This document shows, in pieces, positions 10,140 through 19,719 of a DNA stretch of 64,000 bases. The notes below the pieces were generated by a model, which ran no database searches, was not told the DNA's origin, and saw only the letters and a program-made list of their open reading frames with translations. The DNA is taken from NCBI GenBank assembly GCA_965217865.1, contig CBDCJO010000002.1, positions 512,001 through 576,000 of the forward strand, given 5' to 3'. A program made the position numbers and the translations under genes. How positions within the stretch are numbered: the first letter of the stretch is position 1; the number at the start of each line of letters is the position of its first letter. The stretch comes from Candidatus Latescibacterota bacterium (GTDB lineage Bacteria; Latescibacterota; UBA2968; SICM01).

Positions 10140-10567
10140 GGGCGAGAATGGGGCTGGCATCGCCTCAAGGTGGTATCCGGAAACACTCGCGAGACGAATT
10201 AGGGATATCTCCCGACACCGAGACCGACTGACTTTCTGTTCTGGTGATGCTTTCGATCTGATTCCAAAGCATCTGCGGCAAAAACGAACGGCGTTCTTTG
10301 TCGATCCTCCCTCATACAGCCAGCACTAAACGAGCAGGGAAGCGGCTGTATGGTCACAACGACGTTGACCATGATAGATTGTTTGACTTGATGGCAAAGG
10401 CCCACGGCCGGGCGATGCTCACCTACGACGACGCACCAGAAGTCAGGGTGCTGGCTGACGGTCACGGATTCCATATTGACGAAGTGCCGATGAAGAACAC
10501 CCGCAACAGAAATATGTTCGAGTTGGCGATTACCAATTATGTGATGATCAGGGCTTACTTTGGATAG
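10140..10567 (+). pseudogene. Dam/D12-class adenine methyltransferase, C-terminal fragment
   Basis: GENGAGIASRWYPETLARRI...FFVDPP (frameshift in DPPY) then KRAGKRLY.H..VDH..LF...MLTYDD. Confidence 0.8.
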
Positions 10568-10956
10568 GTGATAGGATCAGAGGAACGGTTTTCAATTCGT
10601 CACCCAATGCAGTGTTTAAGGAGAAGGACCTCTATACAAAGTTTTCCCTAGATCATGTGCCGGACGACTACAAATATGAAGAATTCCTCAGGTCGTTCGA
10701 CAAAAACTTCGCGTACGAAACCGAAACGCTCGGCGGGATCGATGCTGCGGCCGCTCCTGTTATTATGAAAATCATTGAGCGGTCCCGACGCAATCAAGTG
10801 CCTCAGCTTACCATGCCGCGCTTAAGCCAGCGATAAAACGTCGTCTCGTTGATTCTCGCCACCCGGCAGGCGGCCTTCTCAACGACCGAAATATCATGTT
10901 CTCCGTTTCATATGATGGCCGAACCGGCTACAAAAACAAATGGCGAACCACGTGAA

Positions 10957-12513
10957 TCAGTGAGATTCACACGTTTCGCTTCGAAGTCCCATCCAGACGC
11001 AGACTGCCATTCCCAATATGACAATGGCGAATGGAAAGCCGGTTGCGAGCGAGGCAGCCTGCAACGAATTCAGCCCTCCGCCAAGTAGGAGTGCTATAGC
11101 GACTATCCCCTCAATAGTACACCAGAAAATACGGTGCGCTACTGGTGAGTCAACCTTGCCGCCGGTTGCGATGGTGTCAATAATCAGCGAGCCGGAGTCT
11201 GACGAGGTAACGAAAAATACGATTGTCAGAAGCATCGCAGCGGATGAAAGTAGTGTTGTCATCGGCAGTTTGTCAAACATTTTGAACAATGCAATTTCAA
11301 GATTCCAAGCCTCAACATTCTCGGTTACACCGGTATAGCCCTCAGCGATGTGCTGTTGGAGGGCAGTGCCGCCAAAGGTACCAAACCACAGTAAACAGAC
11401 AAGCGTCGGCAGAAAGAGCACGAAGATTATGAATTCGCGAATCGTGCGCCCCTTTGAAATGCGGGCGATGAACGTGCCGACGAACGGCGCCCAGGCAAAC
11501 CACCATGCCCAGTAGAACATGGTCCAGTTGTGCAAGAATTCGGTGTCCTCCCGCCCGATCCAGTTGCTGAGTGATACAATCTTCGCGAGATAGCTACCAA
11601 GCCCAGAGAACATACTGTGGAAAATGTAGAGCGTCGGACCGAGTATGATAACAGCCAACAGCAACAAAAACGCGAGAATTATGTTAAACTGGCTAAGACG
11701 CTTGATACCGACATTAATACCCGTCAGCACCGATGTCAGCGCGATGGACGTAATCCCCACAATTAGCACTACCATGGTGGTGTGAGTCTTGGGAACATCA
11801 AACAGATAGTTCAAACCGGAGGTTACCTGCTGAACCCCCAAGCCAAGCGAGGTCGCGAGCCCAAACAGCCCTGCGAATATGGCGAACGTATCAATGATAT
11901 GGCCAGGCCATCCCCAGACGCGATCCCCGAAAAGGGGATAGAACGCCGAACGGATGGTAAGGGGAAGTCCCTGGTTGTAGGCGAAGTACCCGAGAGCGAG
12001 TCCAACGACTCCGTAGATGGCCCAACCGTGCAGCCCCCAGTGGAAGACCGTTGCTGCGATGCCGATGGTAGCGGCCTCCGCCGTTCCGGGGGTAATGCCG
12101 AGCGGCGGCTTCTGAAAGTAGTAGACCGGCTCCGCCACTCCGAAAAACAGGAGACCGATGCCAATGCCTGCCGCAAAGAGCATGGCAAGCCAAGTTAAAT
12201 TGGAATACTCGGGTTTCGCATCTGTGCCCCCGAGACGCACTTTGCCGAGAGGCGAGAACGCCACATACAGACAAAAGAGCAAGGCAAGGTTAGCAGTAAG
12301 CATAAAAACCCAATCAAGATTTGTCGTGAGCCAGGCGCGGGTATTTTTGAAAACCTCCGTCGCGGCTTCCTGAAAAACGAGCGCCCCAATGACAAAGGCG
12401 ACGATGGTGATACTGGAAATCACGAACGTTGGAGTCAGGTGAATATCTAAACCGAATAACTTCCTGAACTCCTTGTCATCCGGAAGTTGTGGTTGCTTTC
12501 TTTCTCCACACAT
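10957..12513 (-). CDS. BCCT family (betaine/carnitine/choline) transporter
   Basis: PEYSNLTWLAMLFAAGIGIGLLFFGVAEP, HWGLHGWAIY, WTMFYWAWWFAWAPFVGTFIARISKGRTIREF, FFVTSSDSGS; RBS AAGGAG. Confidence 0.96.
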   Translation of the reverse strand: MCGERKQPQLPDDKEFRKLFGLDIHLTPTFVISSITIVAFVIGALVFQEAATEVFKNTRAWLTTNLDWVFMLTANLALLFCLYVAFSPLGKVRLGGTDAKPEYSNLTWLAMLFAAGIGIGLLFFGVAEPVYYFQKPPLGITPGTAEAATIGIAATVFHWGLHGWAIYGVVGLALGYFAYNQGLPLTIRSAFYPLFGDRVWGWPGHIIDTFAIFAGLFGLATSLGLGVQQVTSGLNYLFDVPKTHTTMVVLIVGITSIALTSVLTGINVGIKRLSQFNIILAFLLLLAVIILGPTLYIFHSMFSGLGSYLAKIVSLSNWIGREDTEFLHNWTMFYWAWWFAWAPFVGTFIARISKGRTIREFIIFVLFLPTLVCLLWFGTFGGTALQQHIAEGYTGVTENVEAWNLEIALFKMFDKLPMTTLLSSAAMLLTIVFFVTSSDSGSLIIDTIATGGKVDSPVAHRIFWCTIEGIVAIALLLGGGLNSLQAASLATGFPFAIVILGMAVCVWMGLRSETCESH

Positions 12514-12611
12514 TCAAAATTCTCCTTTTCTTTGGAATTAGGGGGTTCCAGTCCGGCTTCCGCCGCATTAAAACCGGCAAATACAAGCGTTGTCAGCGAT
12601 GTGACGTAAAG

Positions 12612-12811
12612 CTAGTGTCGTGTCCCGGAAATTCCTTCAATAATTTCTCGGATAGCGGTCTGTAAACCCTGAACGGAGCGAAGGATCTCTATGTCCCGAA
12701 CTATCAGACAGTTGGTGCGTTCTTCGCTCGCTCGCTCTCGATCAAAATGACAGCCACCGCTACGTTTTTGGAGGCTTTCTTTTGTAAGGAACTTCTGGGA
12801 CACGACACTAG
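12612..12811. mobile_element. ~200 bp MITE with IS630-type ends, copy 1
   Basis: Perfect terminal IR CTAGTGTCGTGTCCC / GGGACACGACACTAG; same end as the IS630 at 20462; second copy at 57492-57686. Confidence 0.88.
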
Positions 12812-13247
12812 ACATCTCTTCATGATTGATTTCTCCTTCAATCGGGCATTGTGTGTGATGCACGGAGATCTCGAGCTACGGTATAGGCTTGCATCACCCC
12901 ATCTGATGGTCGCTGACGGCAATATAGGGCATCTGGTCGGCTACAGATCAGGTCTGGCCACACACCTGCCAGCAGCCCAAAGCCCGTGCGCTACTCCTCA
13001 AAATACCCCATGCCAATACCTTCAAGGAAGCAGACAAGGGCTCCGCAGAAAGTTCGTCGCGCAGTATTGAAACGAGTTCCCCAAGGCCGCGGGTAACCTG
13101 CTACGTCCCGGACGGTCATGGGCCTGGGATCGATACGTCTGCCATGATGGATTCCTCTTTGCAGTCGACAAATATATCAAGGAATGACCGTTTAAACCAG
13201 TTCAAATTCAGGCAGGCCGGATACATGGCCCGTCGGGAGAGTCCTTG

Positions 13248-13785
13248 GGCTCCGGGCGCACGGCTGTTTCCGCTGTCCGGTGGGCTGCCGTAAGCTGGTG
13301 ACCGGACCCATTGGATCCGGCTTCCGGTGAATACTTGCCGGAGGACCTTCCGAAACGTCGAACCAGGCTGTCAAACAAGGCCGACGGGAAAAACAGAGAA
13401 TCGGAGAATCCGGAAGAGATATCTCTGCTCAAGCGGACGCAACCCCACGGTTGCGCTCGAACACCTGAGGGAGCGCTTCGAAACAGAGAACCGGCAGAGA
13501 GGGGAGAGGTGGCCCAAGTGTTTGTGAATACGGCAGAAACGACAAGACCCCGGAGGGTTTCCCCACGGGGTCTTGCGTTAACGGACGACCGCCGAAGTTG
13601 GCGGATGGGAATATGGCTCCCCATATGATCCTTTCCCCGGAACCATTCTCTGTTTGTCAGACGTAACATCCTGTATTGAATGGATATATCGTAATTTCGC
13701 CCGCACCGTCGAGGCGGAAACCATGTCAAGACGTCAAGATCGATTCCCGTTTTTCCAGTCATATCAGTCGTTTCTTCCACATTGA
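13248..13785. repeat. ~540 bp hairpin-rich non-coding repeat, copy A (candidate island att end or structured RNA)
   Basis: Colinear similarity with 41810-42345; partial copies at about 41175-41232 and 62611-62658 (inverted). Confidence 0.85.
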
Positions 13786-13820
13786 GACCGGCTCCCCAAC
13801 TGCACCCTTTTCCTGACCGC

Positions 13821-14087
13821 TCAGTTCCTTATGAAGTAGTGGCTGCCGCAGCCGGAATTGGCCCACACGGACCCACCCCTAGGACCGTCCAGAGAGACCG
13901 ACTTGCCATCGAAATGAACGTGCCAGCGGCTTGGGTGGAGAGACAGCACTGTCAGATCGCCGCAACCGCAGGGGCAGCGCAGGTTGACAGTCCGGTACTT
14001 GTGGCTAATCCAGAGCTCATCGGCTTTGATTGCGTCAAAATCGGGCAATACGTCTACGAAGGCGGGGCGGAGTTTCACGGGCGTCAT
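13821..14087 (-). CDS. DUF6527-like small Cys/His protein
   Basis: LWISHKYRTVNLRCPCGCG...W...FDG..VSL....GSVW...GCGSHYFIRN; possibly truncated at the 3' end. Confidence 0.7.
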   Translation of the reverse strand: MTPVKLRPAFVDVLPDFDAIKADELWISHKYRTVNLRCPCGCGDLTVLSLHPSRWHVHFDGKSVSLDGPRGGSVWANSGCGSHYFIRN

Positions 14088-14210
14088 TCCTGCGAGTCAA
14101 TCTGCTGTGACAATGCGCGGCGTCTCGAGCCGGAACTTGTGGAGGAACGAAGCCGACGTCTCTCAAACAAGGTGACTAAGTATGTTACGCGATTAGTTTC
14201 ATGGCATTGC

Positions 14211-14290
14211 ACATAACGTTTTACATCTCTGACGCCGCGAAGCGGTGTAGGGGAATGGGGATAGGGGTGCTCAGGGATGTGTTGTTATCG
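14211..14290 (-). other. Integron attC site
   Basis: Minus strand: CGATAAC, 5 bp, ATCCCTGA...TCAGAGAT, 7 bp, GTTATGT; imperfect palindrome just downstream of the HAD gene. Confidence 0.75.
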
Positions 14291-14373
14291 GCTGTCGCTT
14301 CGGGGCATCGCCATTTTCAGCCCTTGAGATCGGGGCGGCAATTCAGCGTGCGCCATAGATTTGTTGAATTTTT

Positions 14374-15093
14374 TTACTTCAATAGATGAGGCTTCAGATC
14401 AGACAACGATGGGATTTCTACATCAGGTTCGGGATCATGCTCTTCTCGTACTGACCCATATCGATTCAGCCATACCGAGGTAAGGCCAGCCGCGTTAGCT
14501 CCTGCAACATCAGCCGCTAAGCTATCGCCTACGTGCCAGACACTCTTACCGGATACACCAAGAGCTTCGAGCGCAGAGGTGAACGCAGCTTCGTCCGGTT
14601 TCGCAACGCCGGTCTCACCAGAGATAGCGAAGGCACTAAACCAGTTGGTGATGCCCATAGCATCTATTTTCTCACGTTGTGTGTCGGAAGCACCATTTGT
14701 CACCAAAGCGACAGGAACGCCTGATTGCCGCACTATACTTATGAGTTCTTCTACATCGGCGAAAGGCCGATAGGTATCCCGCGCGAGTTGAATTTGTGTG
14801 TCAGCGGCGACCTGAGCGAGTGACTTGTCTTCGCAGCCACAAGCCAGAAGCGCCCTTCGCCAGACTTCAAGACTGAGTTCGGCGCCGTTAAGTCTGCCAA
14901 GCGTCCAATCGTCCATGCTCTCTGGCCAGTAGCTCCTGAACACTTCGGAATCGGCCTCCCGAAGCTGCTTCGCATCTAGCTCAGGCCGAATCAAGGATAG
15001 CTTCTTGCAGGTTCGTTCGATCGACCGATGGAAGGTTTTCCCGTCGAGCAGGGTACTATCCAGATCCAGAAAGAGAGCGCGAATTCGGGCCAT
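14374..15093 (-). CDS. HAD-superfamily hydrolase (gene cassette)
   Basis: LFLDLDSTLLD, LVTNG, KPD..AF, HVGDSLAADVAGANAAG. Confidence 0.93.
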   Translation of the reverse strand: MARIRALFLDLDSTLLDGKTFHRSIERTCKKLSLIRPELDAKQLREADSEVFRSYWPESMDDWTLGRLNGAELSLEVWRRALLACGCEDKSLAQVAADTQIQLARDTYRPFADVEELISIVRQSGVPVALVTNGASDTQREKIDAMGITNWFSAFAISGETGVAKPDEAAFTSALEALGVSGKSVWHVGDSLAADVAGANAAGLTSVWLNRYGSVREEHDPEPDVEIPSLSDLKPHLLK

Positions 15094-15260
15094 CTACAGC
15101 CTCCACTGTTGGAGAAAACAACCGCGTACTCGAGGTTCGGGGCAATCAACGAGGACACGGCTGGATGGCGTGCACGGACCATCCTTCCACCTGAGGGTCT
15201 CGCAGGTCCGGATTGCTCTGGATGAAGGCCCGTGTCTCGTTAAAGAGCCTTGCTGTCTCG

Positions 15261-15605
15261 TCATTCGTTATTGCCCGGACTCTTTACTCTCGATCTCTCG
15301 ACGCGAATCCGCTCACCAAGGCCGAGATCATCCAATCCGTCGTCTTCAGTCTTGCGCACCACCACCTCTTCAGGGTAAGGCGACAACTTCGGGTGAATGA
15401 ACCAGCCGGGCGTCTGAGGTTCGTCAAGAGAACCAAGAGCGCCGTCGTGCTGTAAATGGACGACAAGGGCTCCAGCGGCTCTAGCAGCGGTCAACAGCTC
15501 AACCAGTCGATCTGTGATGGCAGCAGCCGCTGGAACTGCCTTTTCGCCTTCGAGTATCCCCTGCTGTGCGTCAACAATCATCAATGCTGTCGCTGGCTGC
15601 TGCAT
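15261..15605 (-). pseudogene. Isochorismatase/cysteine hydrolase cassette, C-terminal part lost
   Basis: TALMIVDAQQG...ARAAGALVVHLQHDG...TPGW.IHP...VVRKTEDDG, then loses similarity. Confidence 0.75.
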
Positions 15606-15687
15606 TCGGTGTCTTCAGGGCTCAGAAAATTGTCATGAGCGAACATCAACAATGGGTAACTACGGCGGTTTTGGTTCTGCCGCTGTC

Positions 15688-15766
15688 GGGTAACGTTCAG
15701 TGGCTCACGAACCCGCGATAGCGGGTTGGAGCGGAGCGAAGCGAAGCCGTGAGCCACATGTTAGCC
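15688..15766 (-). other. Integron attC site
   Basis: Minus strand: GGCTAAC ATGTG GCTCACG...CGTGAGC CACTGAAC GTTACCC; downstream of the GNAT gene. Confidence 0.85.
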
Positions 15767-15821
15767 GCCGAATCTCTGTTTTCTGGCCTTGACGACAGGG
15801 AACAGATCCTACTACCATCGC

Positions 15822-16424
15822 TCAGAGATGGTCTGGCTTGTTAATCCGGAACCCAAGTTGTGTGATCTTGCCATCCCCGAAGACGCTGTCTTCAATTTCA
15901 TCGAGTTCAGGTGATCGAAAGAAGCCGACTTTCGTAAAAAGATTAATGCTTGCCTGATTGTGTTCATATATCCCAGCGACAATGTAATTAAGGTCGAGTT
16001 CTCGGAAGATGAAGTCCACTGATAGTTGAACAGCTTCTGTTCCGTATCCCTTGAACCTAAAAAGTTCGTTGATCCAGATTCCCAGATCCGGTTCAAGATG
16101 GGCTGGAGCCAGACTGCTGCAACCAATTCGTGCTTGATCCTGCAATCGGACAATGGTGGCGTTGAACAGTTGCGGCGGTCTATCTGGGTTGGTGAACATC
16201 CCAAGGAAATCCTCGTAGGATTTCCAATCATGCTTGGCATTAAAGTTCCTCTGCGTATCGGGATCCTTCCAGGTTTGGTAGAACAGTCTATAGTCCTCTA
16301 GAAGAAACTCGGTAAGGCCAACAACCTTTCCTTTTGTGTAGAAGATTCGGCTCGAATCGTCTGAGGTCATGGATCCGTCCATTCCCAAGTTGGTCATAGT
16401 CAGCGCAGGATGATTCGGAGTCAT
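15822..16424 (-). CDS. GNAT/RimJ-RimL family N-acetyltransferase (gene cassette)
   Basis: DLGIWINELFRFKGYGTEAV...IYEHNQASINLFTKVGF; true start may be a downstream Met. Confidence 0.88.
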   Translation of the reverse strand: MTPNHPALTMTNLGMDGSMTSDDSSRIFYTKGKVVGLTEFLLEDYRLFYQTWKDPDTQRNFNAKHDWKSYEDFLGMFTNPDRPPQLFNATIVRLQDQARIGCSSLAPAHLEPDLGIWINELFRFKGYGTEAVQLSVDFIFRELDLNYIVAGIYEHNQASINLFTKVGFFRSPELDEIEDSVFGDGKITQLGFRINKPDHL

Positions 16425-16620
16425 CCTGTCATTGCAGTTTTGATTTGGCGGCTAACGTCCCACGGTTTGCGAACCCCCGAGGGGGTTGCCCGTAGGGCCA
16501 AGGCGCGCACGCGCCGCGGCGCAAGACGCTGTGATATTAATCTAAAGGCCCTCGTTGTCAGGAAAAGTTATTATTTGAGGTCCGGATATCTCAATAACCT
16601 TTCCACCACAGGAGGGCCTT

Positions 16621-17664
16621 ATGCGATACGCGAAGATCGACTCCGACTATTTCTGTGGCATCGATCTCCACGCCAGAACCATGTATGTTTGTGTAATGAG
16701 TAAGATGGGGGAGATTGTGTTCCAGCGCAATCTGAAAAACGACTTCAAACTCTTACTGCAGGTGCTGGAAGCTCACCTCGGTAGCATCGCCGTCGGGGTG
16801 GAGTCAACCTTCAACTGGTACTGGCTGGCTGACGGATGTCACAAGGCCGGAATTCCATTCTACCTGGGACACGCCCTGTATATGAAGGCGATCCACGGGG
16901 GCAAAAAGAAGAACGACCGTCTCGATTCCAGAATGCTGGCAGAGCTGATGCGCTGCAACCTGTTCCCGATGGCCTATGCCTATCCGCAAGAGATGCGGGC
17001 AACCCGGGACCTGCTCCGGCGAAGGCACCGGTTTGTGGCCTTACGGGCTGAGTGCTACACCCACATCCAGAACACCTTCTCTCAGCAGGCTATCCTGGAT
17101 CCTCTCAGCGACCAGGTCAAAAAGAAGACCAGCAGGAGAAAGCTGTGCGAACGTCTGGCCGACCCAGATCTGGGTATGTCTGTGGGCTGCGATCTGGACC
17201 TGGTTGACTCCCTGGACAAAATGATCTACAAAGTCGAGAAGCAAGTCCTTGCACAGGCCAAACATCACGATCGCAATGCCCTGTCTATCCTGATGACGGT
17301 TCCCGGACTTGGGGAGATGCTGGCCATGACCATCCTGTATGAAATCCACACGGTTGAACGGTTCAAATCCGCTTCAGCCTTCTCCTCCTACAGCCGGCTG
17401 ATCAAAGTCGAGAGAGAGTCCGCTGGGAAGAAGACAAAGGACGGGAATAACAAAATCGGAAACCCACACCTAAAGTGGGCCTTCTCGGAAATCATCCTCG
17501 TGGCTCAGAGATGGTCAGAACCGATCAATAGAAACTACGAGAAACTCAAGAGCAAACACGGTCCGGGAAAAGCCAAGAGCGTCATCGCTCATAAATTCGG
17601 CGTGGCCGCCTACCAAATGCTCAAAAGTGGCCAGGCATTCGACGAGAAACGGTTTGTAGCATAA
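16621..17664 (+). CDS. IS110/IS1111 DEDD recombinase (transposase)
   Basis: GIDLHARTMYVCV, VESTFNWYW, KKKNDRLDS, VPGLG, ESAGKK, GNPHLKWAF; intact, with RBS GGAGG. Confidence 0.95.
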   Translation: MRYAKIDSDYFCGIDLHARTMYVCVMSKMGEIVFQRNLKNDFKLLLQVLEAHLGSIAVGVESTFNWYWLADGCHKAGIPFYLGHALYMKAIHGGKKKNDRLDSRMLAELMRCNLFPMAYAYPQEMRATRDLLRRRHRFVALRAECYTHIQNTFSQQAILDPLSDQVKKKTSRRKLCERLADPDLGMSVGCDLDLVDSLDKMIYKVEKQVLAQAKHHDRNALSILMTVPGLGEMLAMTILYEIHTVERFKSASAFSSYSRLIKVERESAGKKTKDGNNKIGNPHLKWAFSEIILVAQRWSEPINRNYEKLKSKHGPGKAKSVIAHKFGVAAYQMLKSGQAFDEKRFVA

Positions 17665-17665
17665 T

Positions 17666-18140
17666 GGGTGGGGCGGTTAACCCGGCAGCTAACTGGCAGG
17701 GCAACGTCCGGACAATAGCCCAGCTCTCCCGCTGTGATTGGGAAGCCGCCTTCACCCCTTATATAGAACATAGATGAGCGGATCTGAGACAGTCAGTCCG
17801 TCTGCCCCCGCGATGAACCCGAACCTAACTGGCGTTCCCCCTCACAAAAAGGGGAGAACAGCCATCCTTCTTGATTGGGTCGCAAGGGGTACCGATTATT
17901 TTCTGGAGGGAGAGGAAAAGCCTCTCCCAGGGCGCTCCACAGAATACCGTGAGAGACGCTTGATTTCCAATACGTGTTTGGTGCAGATGGCTCACATCTA
18001 GCCCGGTATGTGAAAATCGAGCCAGACTGGCGACTGACAAAGATCCGAACATCGCTAAACCTCTTCGGATCGGCTCATTGCAAGTCCCGACCGTTAGGGT
18101 CGCAAAAAAACGGTGAAAATCGTGATGAAGGGGTCTTTTT
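17666..18140 (+). ncRNA. Candidate bridge/seek RNA with two tandem target-loop modules
   Basis: Hairpins 17666-17757 and 17805-17889 each contain CTAACTGGC...[7 nt]ATTGGG; CTAAC and CGCTGTG of module 1 match the two strands of the occupied attC target. Confidence 0.7.
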
Positions 18141-18192
18141 TTCTTGACCCGGGGCCTTTAATATGTGTTAGATGAAGTTGTCTACTACTCCT

Positions 18193-18970
18193 TCATTGTT
18201 TCGAATTGTAGGTCAGTTCCCAGTGCTTCTCCTCAGGCCGCTCTATGTACTCAATATTCTCAGCCAGACCTAATAAGGAAGGAATAAGCTCTTGTTTTAC
18301 CGGGAAATTCTTGACCATGTTGTAACTTCGCCCATCTGCGAGAACCCGCTGCTCAATAGTGTTCCCCTCCGAATTTTCTTGCCTTTGCACGGCCAATCCG
18401 GTCAAGCCGGAAACCTCGTATCTAAGTTGATCGACAAATAGCACCAAGGATCCAGGGACTAGTACTTAGTTGCGCAAGTTTATGCGTGCAAATCCGCCCT
18501 TAACATCCTGTTTTTGCTAGGAAATCATATTACGCGAATTTCCGCAGGTTGGTACTAGCTTGCGGTGAAGTGCCTTTAGAAACTCCGCCACCCGTGATTT
18601 GGGGATATGGGACCACCACCAGACCGCAAAAGCTGCTGTGAAGGTGCCGGTCAGCTGATCTAGAGAATACGCATCAGCGTGATGGAAGGTCACGTGTTGA
18701 AGTCGAGCACACCTTGCCGTAGCGCGGGAGATCATTTCGGGGTTAACGTCAGTTGCAACAACCGACCTCGCAGTTTCTGCTACTACCTCTGTCCAGTATC
18801 CAGTTCCACACGCAATCTCGAGTACGTCATGGCCCTGAAACAGTTGCTGATATCTTCTCTTCTTTGGAACGCGGAGCTGATCTGCCTGTTGATTCAGATA
18901 CCCGGCGCTAAGATCGTATTCGGAAGCGCGCGCAGCATAGTAACGGGTTGTCTCTTCGGAAATCGCATCA
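18193..18970 (-). pseudogene. Class I SAM-dependent methyltransferase cassette interrupted by a MITE
   Basis: [10 protein letters not shown]...[12 protein letters not shown]...ATDVNPEM...WWSHIP...HRKLV|PGSLVLFVD; the frame is continuous once the MITE at 18459-18558 is removed. Confidence 0.88.
18459..18558 (+). mobile_element. 100 bp CTAG-bounded MITE, copy 1
   Basis: CTAGTACTTAGTTGCGCAAGTT...AATTTCCGCAGGTTGGTACTAG; four near-identical copies; CTAG duplicated. Confidence 0.9.
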
Positions 18971-19070
18971 CTAGTACTTAGTTGCGCAAGTTTATGCGTG
19001 CAAATCCGCCCTTAACATCCTGTTTTTGCTAGGAAATCATATTGCGCGAATTTCCGCAGGTTGGTACTAG
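18971..19070 (+). mobile_element. 100 bp CTAG-bounded MITE, copy 2
   Basis: Same sequence as 18459-18558 with one substitution. Confidence 0.9.
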
Positions 19071-19071
19071 T

Positions 19072-19712
19072 CCTAAAATAAGCGAATAGGCTTGTTGAGC
19101 GGTGTGTTATACAAGATTTCGGAGCATTTCAGACTTGTGACTTGGTCGAGATGATGTCTGGGCTGTTTTTGTGATTGTTTCGGCATGCGATTGTCTAATT
19201 AACTGAGTTTGCGGACGTGTTTTAGCCGGGGTGGACGGACTTGTCCCTGTGATGTTACGACGACAGGTGCTGACATGGCAGTCAGGCCGGTTTGAGCCAT
19301 CTAATTCTGTTCCAGGCCGGGAAGAAGTCAGTCATCCACCGGTTGTAGCCCAAGACACGATAGATGATCTGTCTTCCCCGGGTCACGATCTGGCAGGGGA
19401 TCCAGATCAGATTCTGGAGGAAGGCGCGAAACTCCATTCTCAGAAGTTGATCGCGACGCTCACGCTTTCGGATCATCAACGCGAACCAGGCTTTGAGGTT
19501 CCACGCCAGGGTGGTCATGACCATGTAAGCCCAGTTGCTCATCAGGTTGTCGACGGGCATCCGCATGGCGTTGACCCCGTTCTTGAGTTGTTCAATCACG
19601 TTTTCCTGATCGCACCGTCGATTGGCCAGCCTCACGATTTCCGCGGCCGTAAGATCTTTTCGGGTGGTAATGTAGAAGAAACAGCGCTTGTCATCGAACA
19701 GGGCGTTTTCGC
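19072..19712 (-). pseudogene. IS1380-family 3' remnant (transposase C-terminus and right end)
   Basis: ANRRCDQENVIEQLKNGVNAMRMPVDNLMSNWAYMVMTTLAWNLKAW...MEFRAF. Confidence 0.85.
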
Positions 19713-19719
19713 GTCTCTC

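Larger units (their letters stand above)
16534..18163 (+). mobile_element. IS110 family, IS1111 group (attC-targeting)
   Basis: Sub-terminal IRs TAAAGGCCC (16543-16551) / GGGCCTTTA (18152-18160); TGTG at both junctions; short left end and ~500 bp non-coding region after the transposase. Confidence 0.9.
16450..18173 (-). other. Integron attC site split by an IS1111-type element
   Basis: Removing 16534-18167 restores ATCTAAC ACAGC GTCTTGCG...CGCAAAC CGTGGGAC GTTAGCC, with the same 5/8 bp spacers as the attC at 15688. Confidence 0.85.

Noticed and set aside
13612-13660. tRNA gene on the minus strand
   Set aside because: It has GGTTC and a GGGAGCCA end but no proper T-loop, anticodon arm or acceptor-stem partner
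13208-13780. Repeat copies as a conserved protein (ORFs 13208-13780 and 41600-42193) or a group II intron
   Set aside because: Indels between copies change the frame, and I found no intron domain V/VI signature or RT gene
17954-18000. AGACGCT and CATCTA as the IS1111 target guides
   Set aside because: Short matches that stop before the insertion point and are not in a clear paired loop; the CTAAC/CGCTGTG pair fits better
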